The position numbers and the translations under genes are program-made. Below, one piece after another: positions 53,037 to 63,066 of a DNA stretch of 64,000 nucleotides (positions within the stretch are counted from its first letter, which is position 1; every line of letters begins with the position of its first letter). A model generated the notes under the pieces. It searched no databases. It was given only the letters and a program-made list of their open reading frames with translations, and was not told where the DNA came from. The stretch is from an uncultured Gemmatimonadales bacterium (lineage in GTDB: Bacteria; Gemmatimonadota; Gemmatimonadetes; Gemmatimonadales; GWC2-71-9): positions 71,358 through 135,357 of the forward strand of contig CAWBHB010000004.1 of assembly GCA_963788625.1 (NCBI GenBank), given 5' to 3'.

Positions 53037-53715
53037 CTACGACCCCAGGGTTTTCAGAACGAGCTTGCTGACCGCCTTGAGCGTGTCGAACACGCCGTCG
53101 CCGTTCATCGCGACCGCTTCAAAGTAGGGCGCCCGCTCGATCCACTGTCCGTCCACCAGCTCCACCAGTTGCTCGCCCTCGTGGTAAGGATCCGGGAGCG
53201 GCGCGCTGTTTGGCCGCATCCTCGACCGGCCACCCCGGATTCAACGCCGCCTGCAGCTCACTGATGGTAGCCGCGTTCGGGAGATCTCGTTTGTTGTACT
53301 GCACCAGGAAGGGGATCGTCGTCAAATTATAGCCGTGCTGGGCCATGTTGTCGTACAGGTTCTGCATCGACTCGATGTTGGCTTCCATCCGCTCGATCTG
53401 GCTGTCGGCCACGAACACGACTCCGTCCACGCCCTTGAGGATCAGTTTCCGGGACGCATTGTAGTAGACCTGACCCGGGACGGTGTACAGGTGGAAGCGG
53501 GTCTTGAACCCACGGATGGTGCCGAGGTCCACCGGGAGGAAGTCGAAGAACAGGGTGCGTTCGGTCTCAGTCGCGAGGGAGATCAGCTTGCCGCGTGAAT
53601 TCGGCGAGACCTTGTTGTAGACGAACTCGAGATTCGTCGTCTTGCCGCCGAGGCCGGGCCCGTAATAGACCAGCTTGCAGTTGATCTCACGGGACGCGTA
53701 GTTGATCATCGACAT
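53037..53715 (-). CDS. mglA: MglA-type Ras-like small GTPase, one frame break near 53215 plus an internal insertion
   Basis: [58 protein letters not shown] (53119..53715). C-terminus [26 protein letters not shown] (53037..53219). Confidence 0.9.
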
Positions 53716-53730
53716 GCGCTAATACTCCGC

Positions 53731-54222
53731 TCACGCCCCGAAGAGCTTGTCAATCTCATCTTCCGCCTCGCCGAGGAACGCCGCTTCGACCTGGGTAGTG
53801 GACGCGGTGCCCCGTGTGAACATTTCGTGAAAGACCTGGGTAAGGTCCAGGACGGTCTGCTTCACCCGGAGCTTGACCAGCCCGAGCGTGGTCCGGTTGT
53901 CGAACAGCACCACGAGGATGACCCGCCGCGCGATATCGGCGAGATACATCGATTCTTTCTCCCCCTGGTGGAACAGCGCACCGAACTCGGGCTCGCCGAT
54001 CATCCGGGCCAGCTGGTCGTTGGCGCTGAAATCGGCGGCGGTGAGGGAGGCGAAGGCCGTGGGGTCGAATACCGGTTCCTCGCCGACCACGGCCACCATC
54101 TGGCCCGTACGATCGACGATCATCGCCGTGCGGGCGTTGGATTCCCGGAGGAATTGGTTCAGCAACCCGTGGATGCGGGTCGCGTCCTCTTCCCGGAATG
54201 ACCAGCTGGACGCACCGGACAT
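53731..54222 (-). CDS. mglB: MglB (Roadblock/LC7-domain GTPase-activating partner of MglA)
   Basis: MSGASSWSFREEDATRIHGLLNQFLRESNARTAMIVDRTGQMVAVVGE...LFHQGEKESMYLADI...; immediately upstream of mglA. Confidence 0.85.
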   Translation of the reverse strand: MSGASSWSFREEDATRIHGLLNQFLRESNARTAMIVDRTGQMVAVVGEEPVFDPTAFASLTAADFSANDQLARMIGEPEFGALFHQGEKESMYLADIARRVILVVLFDNRTTLGLVKLRVKQTVLDLTQVFHEMFTRGTASTTQVEAAFLGEAEDEIDKLFGA

Positions 54223-54236
54223 CGATTCCCCTGTGG

Positions 54237-54506
54237 TTACCCGAGGGCAGCTTCGAGGCGGCGAAGGATTCCCTCCGCGCGCCGCCGAAGCATCGGCTGC
54301 GATTCCCACTCCAGATAATCCCGCAGCAGGCGAACGGTCTCGACGCCTTCCCTGGCAGCAAGGTGGCCAAGGGCCGCGAGGCGGCGGAGCGGGCGCGGAC
54401 TGAACAGGTCTTCCTGATGCTCCCGCATGTGCCGCTGGGCCAGCATCCATCCCAAGGCAGCTCCCCCGGCGACGCCCAGAGCCACCGCGAGAGAGCGGGC
54501 CCGCAT
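54237..54506 (-). CDS. small membrane-anchored protein with a HEAT-like repeat
   Basis: 89 aa. N-terminal TM LAVALGVAGGAALGWML, then RRLAALGHLAAREGVETVRLLRDYLEWESQPMLRRRA. Its start overlaps the recR stop (TAATG). Confidence 0.5.
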   Translation of the reverse strand: MRARSLAVALGVAGGAALGWMLAQRHMREHQEDLFSPRPLRRLAALGHLAAREGVETVRLLRDYLEWESQPMLRRRAEGILRRLEAALG

Positions 54507-55096
54507 TACCGCACTTCCTGTCGTGCCATGAGAGCGTGAGCCAGGGTGACGCCGTCCACGTACTCCAAATCCCCCCCCATCGGCAAACCGCGGGCCAGCC
54601 GGGTCACCCGGACGGGCTGGCCTTCGAGCAACTGCTGGACGTAGGTCGCGGTGACCTCACCCTCCATCGAGGGGTTGGTCGCCAGGATGACTTCCTGCAC
54701 CTGCCCACCCGCGACGCGCCGCACCAGGAGATCAAGCCGCAGCGATTCGGGACCAACCCCGGCCAGGGGATCGAGATGACCGCCCAGGACGTGGTAGCGG
54801 CCCCGAAACTCGCCGGCCCGCTCGACCACGGCGACTGCCGACGGCTCCTCCACCACACAGAGCGTCCCGCCGTCCCGGCGCGGATCGCGGCAGATCTCGC
54901 AAAGCTCTCCTTCGGCGAGATTGCCGCACTCGGTACAGGGGCGCACCCGTTCGGCGACCCCCACCAAGGCCGCCGCCAGGCGGGTCAGGCGTTCCGCCGG
55001 CTGCTGCAGCAGGTGGAAGGTCAGGCGTTGGGCGGTCTTCCGCCCGATGCCTGGGAGCTTCGCGAATTCGGTTATGAGATCGTCGACGGCGCTCAC
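54506..55096 (-). CDS. recR: recombination protein RecR
   Basis: Uninterrupted 196 aa. LPGIGRKTAQRLTFHLL, C4 zinc finger CTECGNLAEGELCEIC, Toprim VVEEPSAVAVVE. Confidence 0.95.
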   Translation of the reverse strand: MSAVDDLITEFAKLPGIGRKTAQRLTFHLLQQPAERLTRLAAALVGVAERVRPCTECGNLAEGELCEICRDPRRDGGTLCVVEEPSAVAVVERAGEFRGRYHVLGGHLDPLAGVGPESLRLDLLVRRVAGGQVQEVILATNPSMEGEVTATYVQQLLEGQPVRVTRLARGLPMGGDLEYVDGVTLAHALMARQEVR

Positions 55097-55099
55097 GGC

Positions 55100-55408
55100 T
55101 CAGAGCGGCAGAGACAGCGGAAGCGACGGCATCTTCCGCATCTCGGCCTGGAGCGACTCTGCCGCCCGGCGTTGGCCCTCGGCGATGGCTGACAGGATGA
55201 GGTCGGCCAGCAACTCCTCGTCCCGTCCTTCGAACGCGGCGCGATCGATTGTCAGGCCCCGCACGGTGCCTCGTCCGTCCAGCGTCACCCGCACCATGCC
55301 ACCACCGACCTGGACTTCGATCGTCTGATCTGCCAGATCCCGTTGCAATTGTTGCAGCCGGCCCTGCACCTGCTGGCTCAGCTGGAGAAGCTGCTGAAAA
55401 TCGGCCAT
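55100..55408 (-). CDS. ybaB: YbaB/EbfC family nucleoid-associated protein
   Basis: Uninterrupted 102 aa. QQVQGRLQQLQRDLADQTIEVQVGGGMVRVTLDGRGTVRGLTID. Confidence 0.9.
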   Translation of the reverse strand: MADFQQLLQLSQQVQGRLQQLQRDLADQTIEVQVGGGMVRVTLDGRGTVRGLTIDRAAFEGRDEELLADLILSAIAEGQRRAAESLQAEMRKMPSLPLSLPL

Positions 55409-55488
55409 AGGGTATCGCTAAGTCCCTGCAACGCTTGAGGAAAGTACGGGTCCACCCCGCCGCCCCGCAACCCGCCGGAGGCCCCCGG

Positions 55489-57200
55489 CTATTCGAGGGC
55501 CTCCAAATCTAAGCCCTCGGCAGCGGCTTCGAGGGTAGGGTCCTTGGTCCGCAGGATCCGAAGCCGTTCGGCCCGCGCCTGGCCCTCGGAGAGGCGCCGG
55601 ACGGGCCGTTCTGCCGGCTCCGGTTCGACTCCCATGCGGACCTGGACTGATGACCCGACCAGCTGACCGATCAGTCCCTCGACGGCCTTCAGCTGATGCT
55701 GCAGCCCTTCGGCGAGCGTCGGATTTCCTTCCGTGGACAACCAGACCACCGGTGGCGCCACTTCGGTGATGGTCGCCGCCGCCAACGCTTCGCTCAGGAA
55801 GCGGCTCTGCTGCCGGGCAGCGGCCATCAGGTGGGGCCAGGCGTCGGTGAGACCGGCCAGAGTGAACTCGGCGGACAGGGTAGATAGGGCAGGCGAGGCG
55901 GTCGGGGCGGACGAAGCGGTTGGGGCGGACGAGATCGAGGACCTGGTCCGGGGCACAGAAGGTACCTGGTTGCGCACGTCTCCTGGGGCACTCCGTCGAC
56001 CGCCCTGATCGCCCTGCCCGCCCCGTTCGCTTGTCCTCCCTGATCGCCCTGTCCGCCTTGTCCGCCCCGTATCACGGCCTCCAAGTCCACGGTCCGATCC
56101 ATCAGCGCCCAGCGGAGCAGCATCGTCTCCACCACGAGCCGGGGGGTCCCGCTGCGACGAATCGATGGTTCGCCCTCGGCGAACAGCTTGAGCATCCGCA
56201 GGAGATCTCCGGCCGGGAGCCGATCCCGCACCGCGGCCACGGCGTGACGCATTCCCTCGGTGATCCCCTCGGGATCGCCACCCAGCTGGGTGAGCAGGAC
56301 GGCCCGAAGCGCCTCGGCGGCGCCCGCGATGAATTCGATCAGGTCGGCGCCGCTGTCCACCAGGCGGTCGAGCAGAGGAAAGACCGCCGCGGGATTCCGC
56401 GCCGCGACCAGCTCGAGCAGTTCGGCGTAGGCCTCGTCGGTCACCAGGCCCAGGACCTCGCGCACCCGGGCGGCGCGTCACCACACCTTCCCCGAAACTC
56501 AGACACTGATCGAGCACCGAGAGCGCGTCGCGCATGCCGCCGTCGGCCTGGCGCGCGATCAGGGTCAGCGCATCCTCGTCGGCCTGGATCTGCTCGGCCG
56601 CGAGCACGGCGCGCAGCCGGTCACGGATCGCCGCGGTCCCGATCCGCCGGAAGTCGAACCGCTGCAACCGGGAGAGAACCGGCGCCGCCTGCTGCGCGAT
56701 TTTCTGGGGTTCGGTCGTGGCAAAGACGAAGACCACTCCCGGCGGCGGCTCCTCCAGAATCTTGAGCAGCGCGTTCCAGGCCTCCCGGGTGAGCATGTGG
56801 GCTTCGTCTACGATGTAGACCTTGTGGTGGTCCGGCGCGGGAGGCGGCGTACATCGCGCGCTCCCGGAGGTCCCGCGCGTCGTCCACGCCGCGGTTGCTG
56901 GCGGCGTCGATCTCCACCACGTCGAGATTGGCGTTCCCGTTCCAGATCCGGACGCAGCTCTCGCACTCGCCGCAGGGCTCGCCCTGGCCGGCTGGGCGTG
57001 CCCTTCCGCTCGCAGTTGAGCGCCATGGCCAGGATGCGCGCCGCGGTGGTCTTCCCCACCCCGCGGGGACCGGTCAGCAGGTAGCCGTGCCCCACCCGGT
57101 TCTTCACCACCGCGCCGCGCAGCACCTCGGCGACATGGTCCTGAACCAGCAGATCACTGAAACGTTTGGGGCGGTATTTGCGGGCGAGAGCCAAAGCCAT
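55489..57200 (-). CDS. dnaX: DNA polymerase III subunit gamma/tau, several frame breaks
   Basis: [23 protein letters not shown]...[19 protein letters not shown] (56808..57200); [18 protein letters not shown] (56621..56920); [35 protein letters not shown] (55489..56796); domain IV/V parts in 55827..56465. G/Q/D- and P/T/S-rich linker near 55880-56070. Confidence 0.9.
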
Positions 57201-57246
57201 GGGAGAAAACTAACGGGGTAGGAAAGGGGGCGTCAGGCGTGAAAAC

Positions 57247-57274
57247 GTGGGACGTGGGACGTGGGACGTGGGAC
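57247..57274. repeat. perfect tandem repeat (GTGGGAC)x4 with no inverted partner
   Basis: gtgggacgtgggacgtgggacgtgggac, between the dnaX start (57200) and the 3' end of the SRP RNA. Confidence 0.95.
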
Positions 57275-57293
57275 ATAGGAGGGGAAAGAAAAA

Positions 57294-57396
57294 TGCCCCA
57301 GGCACCCCGAAGCGACACCGGACATCGCTTAGCGCTGCTACCGGCGAGGTCCTGACGCGGTTCGCGCGCCAGCGCCCTTCGGACCTGGGGCGAGCC
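57294..57396 (-). ncRNA. ffs: signal recognition particle RNA (small bacterial 4.5S type)
   Basis: The minus-strand RNA GGCUCGCCCCAGGUCCGAAGG...CGCGUCAGGACCUCGCCGGUAGCAGCGCUAAGCG...CUUCGGGGUGCCUGGGGCA folds as one long hairpin (GCCCCAGG/CCUGGGGC, CCGAAG/CUUCGG). It carries the domain IV motifs GUCAGG ... AGCAGC and an AA bulge, is followed by a U-run, and sits directly upstream of dnaX as in many bacteria. Confidence 0.8.
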
Positions 57397-57409
57397 AAAT
57401 ATAACCGAA

Positions 57410-57655
57410 GGAGACGGGAGAAAGGAGATGGGAGACAGGAAAACGGATCGGGGAACGGGAGATGACGGGCTGACGAGCCGAATGACTGTCATTCCGAGGA
57501 AGCGAAGCGACCGAGGAATCCCAATGTTAGAGTGTCCGTCAATCGATTGGCGTTGGGATTCCTCGCTGCCGCTCGGAATGACAGCACCTCAACCCCTCTC
57601 CTTTCCCCTCCCTTTTCTTTCTCCGGTCTCCCTTCTCCTTTCTCCCGTCTCCCTC
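57410..57655. repeat. large nested hairpin: GGAGAnn heptamer outer arms and GTCATTCCGAGG...GGAATCCCA inner arms
   Basis: Outer ggagacgggagaaaggagatgggagacagg (57410-39) / cctctcctttcccctcccttttctttctccggtctcccttctcctttctcccgtctccctc (57595-655). Inner gtcattccgaggaagcgaagcgaccgaggaatcccaa (57488-524) / ttgggattcctcgctgccgctcggaatgac (57553-82). Confidence 0.9.
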
Positions 57656-57689
57656 TAACGTTCGGCCTGCCTTCCACGGAGCCATTTGC

Positions 57690-59488
57690 ATGCAGCTCAC
57701 AACGCTCGATTGGGCGATTGTCGCGGCATCCATCCTCATCTCCTTCCTGCCGGCGCTGTTCTTCTGGCGGCGGGCCAGCTCGAGCACCGGCGAGTTCTTC
57801 ACCTCGGGACGCGCGGCGCCGTGGTGGCTGGTCGGCATCTCGATGGTGGCGACCACCTTCAGCACCGACACGCCGAACCTCGTCACCAACCTGGTGCGCG
57901 AGCGCGGCGTGGCCGAGAACTGGCTGTGGTGGTCGTTCCTGCTGACCGGGCATGATGACGGTGTTCTTCTACGCCCGGCTCTGGCGGCGTTCCGGCGTGC
58001 TCACCGACCTCGAGTTCTACGAGATCCGCTATTCCGGCCCGGCCGCACGCCTGCTCCGCGGCTTCCGCGCGGTCTACCTCGGGCTGTTCTTCAACTGCGT
58101 CATCATGGCGACCGTGAATCTCGCCGCCGCCAAGATCGCCAACGTGCGTGCTGGGCTGGCCGATGGAGCGCACGCTGCTGGTCTGCTCCGTCATGACGAT
58201 CTTCTTCGCGTCGGTCTCGGGGCTGTGGGGCGTGCTGGTCACCGACTCGATCCAGTTCATGATCACGATGACCGGGACCTTCGCCGTCGCCTACTTCGCG
58301 CTGCAGCAGCCCGAGGTCGGCGGGCTGCAGCGGCCTGCTCGCCAAGGTCCCCCCGCAGTACGCTCGCATCTGCTGCCCGACTTCGGCGACTGGGGCACGG
58401 CGCTCACCGTGTTCATCATTCCGATCACGGTGCAGTGGTGGTCGGTGTGGTATCCCGGCGCCGAGCCGGGCGGCGGCAGCTACATCGCGCAGCGCATGCT
58501 CGCGTCGCAAGACCGAGAAGGACGCGGTGATCGGCACGCTGCTCTTCAACGTCATGCACTACGCGCTGCGCCCCTGGCCCTGGATCATCATGGCGCTCGT
58601 GCTCGACGCTGGTCTATCCCCAGCTCTCCGATATCGCCACGGCGTTCCCGTACGTGGATGCCGTCGCTGCATCGGGCACGACATCGCCTATCCGGCGATG
58701 ATGCGCTTCCTGCCCGCGGGATTTCTCGGCCTCGTCGTCGCCGGCACGCTCGCGGCGTATCGCTCGACGATCGAGACCCATCTCAACTGGGGCACGTCGT
58801 ACCTGGTGCACGATTTCTACCGCCGCTTCCTGCAGCCCGACGCGGAACGAGCGGCACTACGTGCTTCGTGGGCCGGCTCACGACCGCGGGACTGATGGTC
58901 GTGCGCCGCGCTGCATGACCTACGCGCTCGAGCACCGCGAAGGAGGCGTTCGATCTGATTCTGTCGATCGGCGCCGGCACCGGACTGCTCTACCTGCTGC
59001 GCTGGTTCTGGTGGCGGGTGAACGCCTGGAGCGAGATCGCGGCGATGGTCTCGACTTCGTCGTCGCGCTCGGTTTCCATCTGCTGGGCCGGACGGGCCAT
59101 CCGGTTCCCGGGCCCGTCATGCTGCTGCTCAGCGTTGCGATCACCACGATCGTCTGGGTCGCGACCACGTTTCTCGACCGAGCCAACCGACCGCGCGACC
59201 GGTTGCTCGAGCTTCTATCGCCTGGTCCGGCCCGCCGGTCCCGGATGGAACCAGATGCGCGCGGAAGCCGGCGTGACCGCCTCCCCCGACAGCCTGCCGC
59301 AGGCGCTGCTCGGCTGGGTGCTCGGAATCGCCTTCGTGTACTCCGCGCTGTTCGGTACCGGGAGTTTTCTCTACGGCCGAAGCACTCTCGGCTTGTTCTG
59401 GCTGGTGATTTTCGTGGTGAGCGGAATCGGTTTATTGCGAGTGGTGCCCCGGATGTGGCGACTGCCTCAGGGTTCCCAGAGCACCTGA
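57690..59488 (+). CDS. sodium:solute symporter (SSS) family transporter, heavily frame-broken
   Basis: MQLTTLDWAIVAASILISFLPALFFWRRASSSTGEFFTSGR...STDTPNLV (57690..), FYARLWRRSGVLTDLEFYEIRYSG (57952..), VTDSIQFMITMTGTF, PGAEPGGGSYIAQRMLAS (58148..), LLFNVMHYALRPWPWIIMAL, and fragments to 59488. Confidence 0.8.
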
Positions 59489-60351
59489 GGATATTCGCCG
59501 GCCTGCACACGGCGGCGTAGCGTGGCCGCGACCTGCGGCTTGTCGTCGGGATGGGTGAGACCACACCCGATGCTGCGCGTCGGAATGACTTGCACCTGAA
59601 CCGCGCCCTGCTGCAGCAGCCGATCGATCGCCTCGGGCAGCACGTATTCCTGGTCCGGGCCCGGGCCTGAGGCCACGAATTCCGCGAAGCTCCGTTCCAG
59701 CAGCGGGAAGATGGCCGGGGTGAAGGCCCAGAGGTTCATCGAGATCAGCGTGTCACCGGGATACTCGCGGGTCGCGCCGTCCTCAAGACCGGTGAACCGA
59801 TCTTCTTCTCCTGGCCGGAGCTGGCGCGCTTCGGCAATGGAACGAAGTCTTCCGGCCTGGTCCATCCGCAGGATCGCGCGGTTCACCCCTCGCGCACTGC
59901 TCACTGTATTCTCCAGCCGATAGCCGAGCACCGCGACCTGCGGGGCTTCGGGAGTCACCTGATCCAGAAAGCGGAACGCGGCGTCCACCGCCTCGCGACC
60001 GTAGAAGTCGTCCGCATTCAGGACCCCGAAGGGCCCGGAAACCAGCGGCCGGGCCATGAGCAGCGCGTGGACCGTTCCCCAGGGACGGGTCCGCGGTGCG
60101 GAGTGCAGCGAGATGTCGTCGCCCTGGAAGGCGAACTTCACGTCGGCGTGAGAGGAATACCTGCGGAACCAGCGCTCGAGCAGCGCGGGATCGGTGTCGG
60201 GCTGGACGACGAAAATCAGACGATCGATGCCGGTCCGGACTGCGTCGTAGATGGAATACTCCATCAGTGTCGCACCGCCCGGACCAACCGGCTCCAATTG
60301 CTTCAGACCGCCGAACCGGCTTCCTGCACCGGCGGCCAGGATGACGAGAGT
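59467..60351 (-). CDS. sugar-phosphate nucleotidyltransferase-family protein; start codon unresolved
   Basis: In-frame TLVILAAGAGSRFGGLKQLEPVGPGG (glycine-rich NTP-transferase signature) runs straight from the upstream stop at 60352-54, then DAVRTGIDRLIFVV and GVLNADDFYG. No canonical start is visible. Confidence 0.7.
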   Translation of the reverse strand, partial: TLVILAAGAGSRFGGLKQLEPVGPGGATLMEYSIYDAVRTGIDRLIFVVQPDTDPALLERWFRRYSSHADVKFAFQGDDISLHSAPRTRPWGTVHALLMARPLVSGPFGVLNADDFYGREAVDAAFRFLDQVTPEAPQVAVLGYRLENTVSSARGVNRAILRMDQAGRLRSIAEARQLRPGEEDRFTGLEDGATREYPGDTLISMNLWAFTPAIFPLLERSFAEFVASGPGPDQEYVLPEAIDRLLQQGAVQVQVIPTRSIGCGLTHPDDKPQVAATLRRRVQAGEYPQVLWEP

Positions 60352-63066
60352 TCAGCGCTGCGGCCCCAGCAGGATCGCGTTGGTCAGCAACTTCGCCGTC
60401 CCGCGCCAGAATCCCCGATAGACCGGATTCTCGGCGAACAGGATCACGCGGCCGCTCGCCCTGATTCTCGACCGTGGCCCACACCGAGTTGCGGAGATAC
60501 TTCTCGGTGTTTTCCGGCCAGGTGAAGCCGGCGAGAGTGAGGTCCTTTCCGACGAACACGACCGGGATTGGCGCCCCGCTCCGAGGGCTTGAACAGCCGG
60601 CTCGACTCGATGAAGACCGGCAATTGGTCTCGCTCGTACCCGAAGGTGAGCCAGTGAGTGCGATCGAGCGTCGCGCGGAAGATCGCACCGGGAATGAACT
60701 CGGGCCGGGTTCCTCCAGGCGCGGACGGCGAGAACGAGCGGCGGAGCCGGCTTGGCGCTCTCACTGACGACGGTGTCGCGCACCGTCGTGTCTTTCGCGG
60801 CCTTGACCGCGTCGTGTCTTCCTCGCCGACAATCTTGAGTCCGCTCAGTTTGAGCTCCTTCCGCGCGAGCAGAGCCGGCAGCGTCCCCAATGGCGATGAC
60901 CGCCGCGCCCGACTCGACCCACGCCTTGAGCTTCTCGCCACCCTCGGTACCCAGCTCCTTCCACTGGTCGTCGTCATCACCCCCCGCGAGGATGAGGCAG
61001 TTGTAATCGGCCAGGTTGATCCGGCGCAGGCTGGACAGATTCACCGGCACCACCCGCATCCCTACCTCCCGCTCCAGATAGAACCAGACGGCGCCGAACG
61101 CGGTCTGATCGATGCCGTCCCCCGCAGCCAGCAGAACTCGGGGGCGATTCACCGCCTGGACGCTTTCGCTGCCGACGCCGGCGTCACCGCTATCGGGGAA
61201 CGCCGAGCTGACCGCGGCGACCGGCACGCCGAGCTCGCGGGCGAGCGCGCCGATCCGCTCGTGCAACGATGATGGGTTGCGCTGGATCCGAACGACGAAG
61301 GTGCCGCGCGGGTAGGTCTTGCCATCGGCCCTGAGCGGTTGAGTGGCCACCGCGACCCGGAAGCCTTCATCGAGCAGCCGGTAGGCGAGACTGGTCGCCG
61401 CCTGGGCCTCGTCGGCGAACACGTAGGCCGACTGAGCCCGCGGCGGTGCCGGCAATCGCGGGAAGCTGCGGCCTCGTGCGCCACCGTGTCGCCGACGACG
61501 GCCGGGGTGTCCTCGGTCCACCAGGCGTCGAGGCCCAGCGTGAGCGGAAGGGACCAGGCGGTGATGTCGTAGAAGTCGTACCCTCGCTGCCGGCCCGACG
61601 TCCGCGGACCTGGTTGCGGTCGTACTTGTCCAGCTCCTTCCGTACGAAAGCGGAATCGAACACCGCTTGGGCTCGAGGATGCTGGTAGCGAGCCGCGCCT
61701 CTGGCTGGGCCAGGTCCACCACGTAGCTGCCCGCAGGGAAGGTGCGCTGCGCGGCGGCTCCGCCCAGATACGAGTTGGCCTTGACCGCGGTGAACGGCTT
61801 CGTGGTCTGGGTGACCTGGATCTCCTCCCGAGCCAGGCGCCGGGCCAGCCAGCGAGCCCGCGGCGGGATCCGGCGATGCCGAGAACACGACGCGCTTCAT
61901 GGGCCGGTTGCGAGCGTCGGTCATGCCGGAGGACGTGGAACTGGTAGAAGTCCTGCAGCAGTTCGGCCCGACTCGCCGCCGCGGTCGCCAGGGTAGTCAG
62001 CGAGGCGATGTAGTGGTGAGCGATCGCCATTTCGAAGGTCATCCAGCTGCCGTCGTCCTTCCGCTTCTTGAGCTCAGGCCCACCGTCGGTCTCGAACGTC
62101 ATGCCGAGCCCGCCGCGCATCGTCGGCCACATGTCGATGTAGCCCGGGATAGAAGAAGTCGAAGACGTCGCGCACGTAGTATTGCCAGCCGTAGGCTGTC
62201 GAAGGCGCGACCGTTGTTGCGCCCGAAGCGCTCGAACCACTGATACGTGGTCGAGCGGCAGGTTCTGGTTGTGCGCCTCGGCCACCGGCGGGAAGAAGTA
62301 CTGCGACGTGGTGCTGTGCAGGTCGGCCATTACCTGGGGCCGCCAGCGGATGATACACGTCGCCCAGGGCCCGGCTCTCCGGCTGGGACTGGGCCAGCTG
62401 ATCCCGGTTCATGTCGAAGCGATAGTGGTTGTAGCGGCCCCAGATGGCCCACGGCTCGGTCTGCTCGACCGCCGCCGGGCTCGTCGGTGCCCACCGCCAC
62501 CGAGTTGTACCACGCCGCGAAGCGCTCGTGCCCGTCGGGGTTCTGCGACGGATTGAGCAGCACCACGCAGTTCTTGAGGATCTCCAGCGTCGCCGGCTCA
62601 TCGGAGGCGAGCAGCTGGTAGGCGGTCTGCATGACGGCCTCGAACCCCGCCGGTTCGTTGCCGTGGACCGAGTGGGTGAGCAGCACGGTGACCGGCGTGC
62701 GCTGGGCGATGGCCGGCGGCTTCCGGCGCCGTGGTCCGCCGGGGGTCCGCCAGCCGGGACAGGTCGGCCCGGATCTGATCCAGCCGCGCCAGGTTCTCGG
62801 GCGACGAAATGATCAGGAGCCGCATCACCTTCCCTTCGACGGAGCGGCCGATCACTTCGGTCCGGACTCGATCGGGTGCCGCCGCGATCATCCGGTCGAA
62901 GCACCTGCTGCTGCTGGTAGTACATCGTCTGCTGAGAACCGACGCGATATCCCAGGAGCGTCTCTGGACGCGGCACCGCGTTCCGATAGGGGCCGCGGGC
63001 GTAGAAGTCGAAATCCTGGGCGTGAAGAGTGGCGGGTACCAGGAGGGCAAGCAGCAGTAGACGCAT
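60352..63066 (-). CDS. secreted M14-family zinc carboxypeptidase-like protein with a C-terminal class-I-amidotransferase-like domain, heavily frame-broken
   Basis: Signal MRLLLLALLVPATLHAQ (62074..63066); HSVHGNEPAGFEAVM (HxxE zinc motif) and LLNPSQNPDGHERF (62330..62686); MTFETDGGPE (61149..62330); NCLILAGGDDDD... (60352..61722). Confidence 0.8.

Noticed and set aside
55489-57200. Programmed ribosomal frameshift or transcriptional slippage in dnaX (gamma/tau)
   Set aside because: No A-rich slippery heptamer or A-run is seen. The gene has several frame changes in both directions, like its neighbours, which fits sequence error rather than a single programmed site.
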